From the human T2T-CHM13v2.0 reference genome, Homo sapiens, in the NCBI RefSeq assembly GCF_009914755.1, contig NC_060940.1: a stretch of DNA of 64,000 nucleotides. The stretch is one strand, 5' to 3'. The notes under the pieces were generated by a model. It ran no database searches, was not told the DNA's origin, and saw nothing but the letters and a program-made list of their open reading frames with translations. Every line of letters starts with the position of its first letter. Positions within the stretch are counted from its first letter, which is position 1. Positions 61,062-64,000 of the stretch are shown piece after piece. The position numbers were made by a program, and so were the translations under genes.

Positions 61062-62255
61062 GTTAAGTATACTCACCTTGTGCAACCATCACTGCCATCC
61101 ATCTCCAGAACCTTTTCATCTTATAAAATTAAAACTTTATACACAATAAACACTTATGTTTTTCTTCTTCCCTCAGCCCCTGGCAACTGCCATTCTATTT
61201 TCCGTTTCTATAAATTTGGCTACTTTAGATGCCTCATATATGTGGAATCATACAGTATTTGTCTTTATTTATCTGGATTATTTCAGTAAGCATAATGTTT
61301 TCATGGTACATTCATGTTACAGTGTACATGAAAATTTCATTCCATTTTATGGCTGCATAATATTCCATTGTATGGATATACCACATTTTATTTTTGATGA
61401 ACATTTGGGTTGTTCTCTCCTTTTGGCTATTGTGAACAATGTTACTATGAATTTCAGTGTAAACAATCCTAAATTTTTATATCCATAATAGCAGAAATTC
61501 AAAATACAGGAAGGAAAAGTTGACAGAACTGCAAGGAGAACAAATTCATAATTTGTTCATAATTCAAAAACCAATTCATAATTATAGCAAGAGACTTCAG
61601 CACCTCTCTCTCTCAATGATTGATACATTATGTAAACAAAATCAGTAAAGGTATAGAAGACTTGAACAATGTTATAAAAACAACTTGAACTAATTGACAT
61701 TTATGGAACACTCTATCACACAGCAGCAAAATACGTTTTTTTAAAGTTTGCGTGAAACTTTTATCAAGATAGACCATATTCTGGTCCATAAAGCAAGTTC
61801 AGTCAATGTATAAGGACTTAAGTCATGCAAAGTATGTTCTCTGACCACAATGGAATTAAATGAGAACTCACTATCAGAAAAATATCTGAAAATACCCTAA
61901 TATTTAGAAACTAAATATGCTTCTAAATAACTGATGGGAAAAAAAAGAACTCAAAAGGGAAACTAGAAAGTATTTTGCATTGAATGAAAAAGAAAGTATA
62001 ACTCATAAAAATGTGCTAGATGCAATTAAAGCAGAACTTTCAAGTTTATAGCACCAAACACCAAACATCAAACACCAAACACCTGCACTGGAAAACATGA
62101 AAGTTCTCAAATCAATGACCTCAGGTTTAGGAAAGTAGAAACAGAAGAGCAAATTAAACTCGAAGAAAATAGAAGAAAAGAAATATTAAAGATTAAGGCA
62201 GAAATCAATGAAGTAGCAAACAAAATTTAAAACAGAGACAATGAAACCAAAGTTA

Positions 62256-62489
<234 letters not shown>

Positions 62490-63115
62490 TTAGCTGGGCG
62501 TGGTGGCATATGGCTGTAGTCCCAGCTACTCGGGAGGCTCAGGAAGGAGAATCGCTTGAACCCAGGATGTGGAGGTTGCAGTGAGCCAAGATCACACTAC
62601 TGCACTCCAGCCTGGGTGACAGAATGAGACTCCATCTCAACAAAAAAAAGAAAAAAAGGGAGAGGAGAGATCAATAGAATCCGTCATTGTTAAAACATTA
62701 GTAAGGGTATATCACAAACAGATTTTTCTCCAATAAATTTGACAATGAGATAAAGTAGACTAATTGTTTGGAAGACACAAACTACCAAAGCTTATTCAAG
62801 AAGATATAGATCACCTAAACAGCCCTATAACTGTTAACAAAATTGAATTTATAGTTTAACATGTACACACAAAAGAAATTTTAGATGGCTTCACTGGTTA
62901 ATTCTATGGAATATTGGCTTCACTGGTAGTTTTACCAAATTTTTTTCAATATCTCTCATAAGGAGAAATACCAAATATGTAAGGAAGAAATAATACCAAT
63001 TCTACACAAACTCTTCCAAGATTCGAAGAAGTAGCAATACATTCCAACTCATACTTTGAAGTCAACATTACTCTTATACAAAACCAGAAAAAAAAAAAAA
63101 CATTTTAAAAGGCTA

Positions 63116-63283
<168 letters not shown>

Positions 63284-64000
63284 TTAGGAGGCTGAGGCAG
63301 GAGGATCAATTGAACCCAGGAATTTGAGATTATAGTGAACTGTGATCATGCCACTGCACTCTAGCCTGGGTGACAGAGCAAGACTTTGTCTCTGAAACAA
63401 AGCAAAACAAAAAACATTACAAGGAAGTAAAACTATGGACCAACTCATCAACATTATTGCAGAAATTCTTAACAAAACTTATGCAAGTAAAATACAACAA
63501 TATTTTCAAGAGATAATACATCATGAATTTCAGGAATTCAAGCTTGGTTTAACATTAGAAATTTAATAATATTCACCATATTAACAAACTAAAAAATGTA
63601 AAACCATGCAATCCTCTCAATAAGTACAGAAAAAGCATTTGACAAAATCCAGTCAAATCCATTTCCATCATCCAATCATATCTAGTTATCAAAGGAGGAA
63701 TGGAAGGGAACATCTTCAACCCAATAAAAGATATCTACAAAAATCCAATAGCTAATATCAAATGTAATGGTAAATGATTGAATATATTCCCCCTAATTTC
63801 AGGCAGAATGCAAGGATTTCACTCTTACCACTTTTATTCAACATTATACTAAACGTTATATTCAATGCAATGGGCAACAAAAAGAAGTAAAAGACACTCA
63901 GATTGGAGAGAAAGAAGTCAAATTGTCTTTATTGGGAGATGACATGACTCAGTCTTTCATGATTAAGTATGATATTAGCTGTGGGATATCTGTAGAAGTC

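Larger units (their letters stand above)
59990..61460 (-). mobile_element. L1M (L1MA/MB-type) 3' end fragment hosting the LTR5_Hs
   Basis: Typical L1M 3'-end sequence (cataaaatttaccatctt...tgtacaattcagt...ccctcagcccctggcaac...tattccattgtatggatataccacatttt) is continuous across the LTR. Confidence 0.75.

Noticed and set aside
60027-61488. ORFs in and around the HERV-K LTR as possible viral genes
   Set aside because: Solo LTR only; no PBS, gag, pol or env sequence adjacent.

Overview
Human (primate) genomic DNA containing the 5' half of FA2H (fatty acid 2-hydroxylase) on the minus strand. It includes the CpG-island promoter, coding exon 1 (35216-35485; cytochrome b5-like domain), a 34,369-bp intron 1 and the 93-bp exon 2 (754-846); later exons lie left of the window. 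The ~28 kb upstream of the promoter is almost entirely interspersed repeats, with roughly 55-60 Alu copies or fragments across the whole window plus L1, L2, MIR, MaLR LTRs and DNA transposons. Almost all other ORFs in the track are repeat-derived noise. Highlights: (1) two candidate alternative first exons in intron 1 (one with a GC donor) that would splice in frame to exon 2 and give a cytochrome-b5-less FA2H; (2) a HERV-K LTR5_Hs solo LTR with a clipped 3' end and a perfect 61-bp flanking duplication instead of ~6 bp; (3) a dense AP-1 motif cluster next to a locally duplicated ~67-bp segment; (4) an out-of-frame upstream ATG and an octamer/E-box/CCAAT promoter; (5) a hairpin-masked cryptic 5' splice site. 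I see no evidence for a wholly new multi-gene system. Repeat boundaries and subfamilies were assigned by eye and are approximate.
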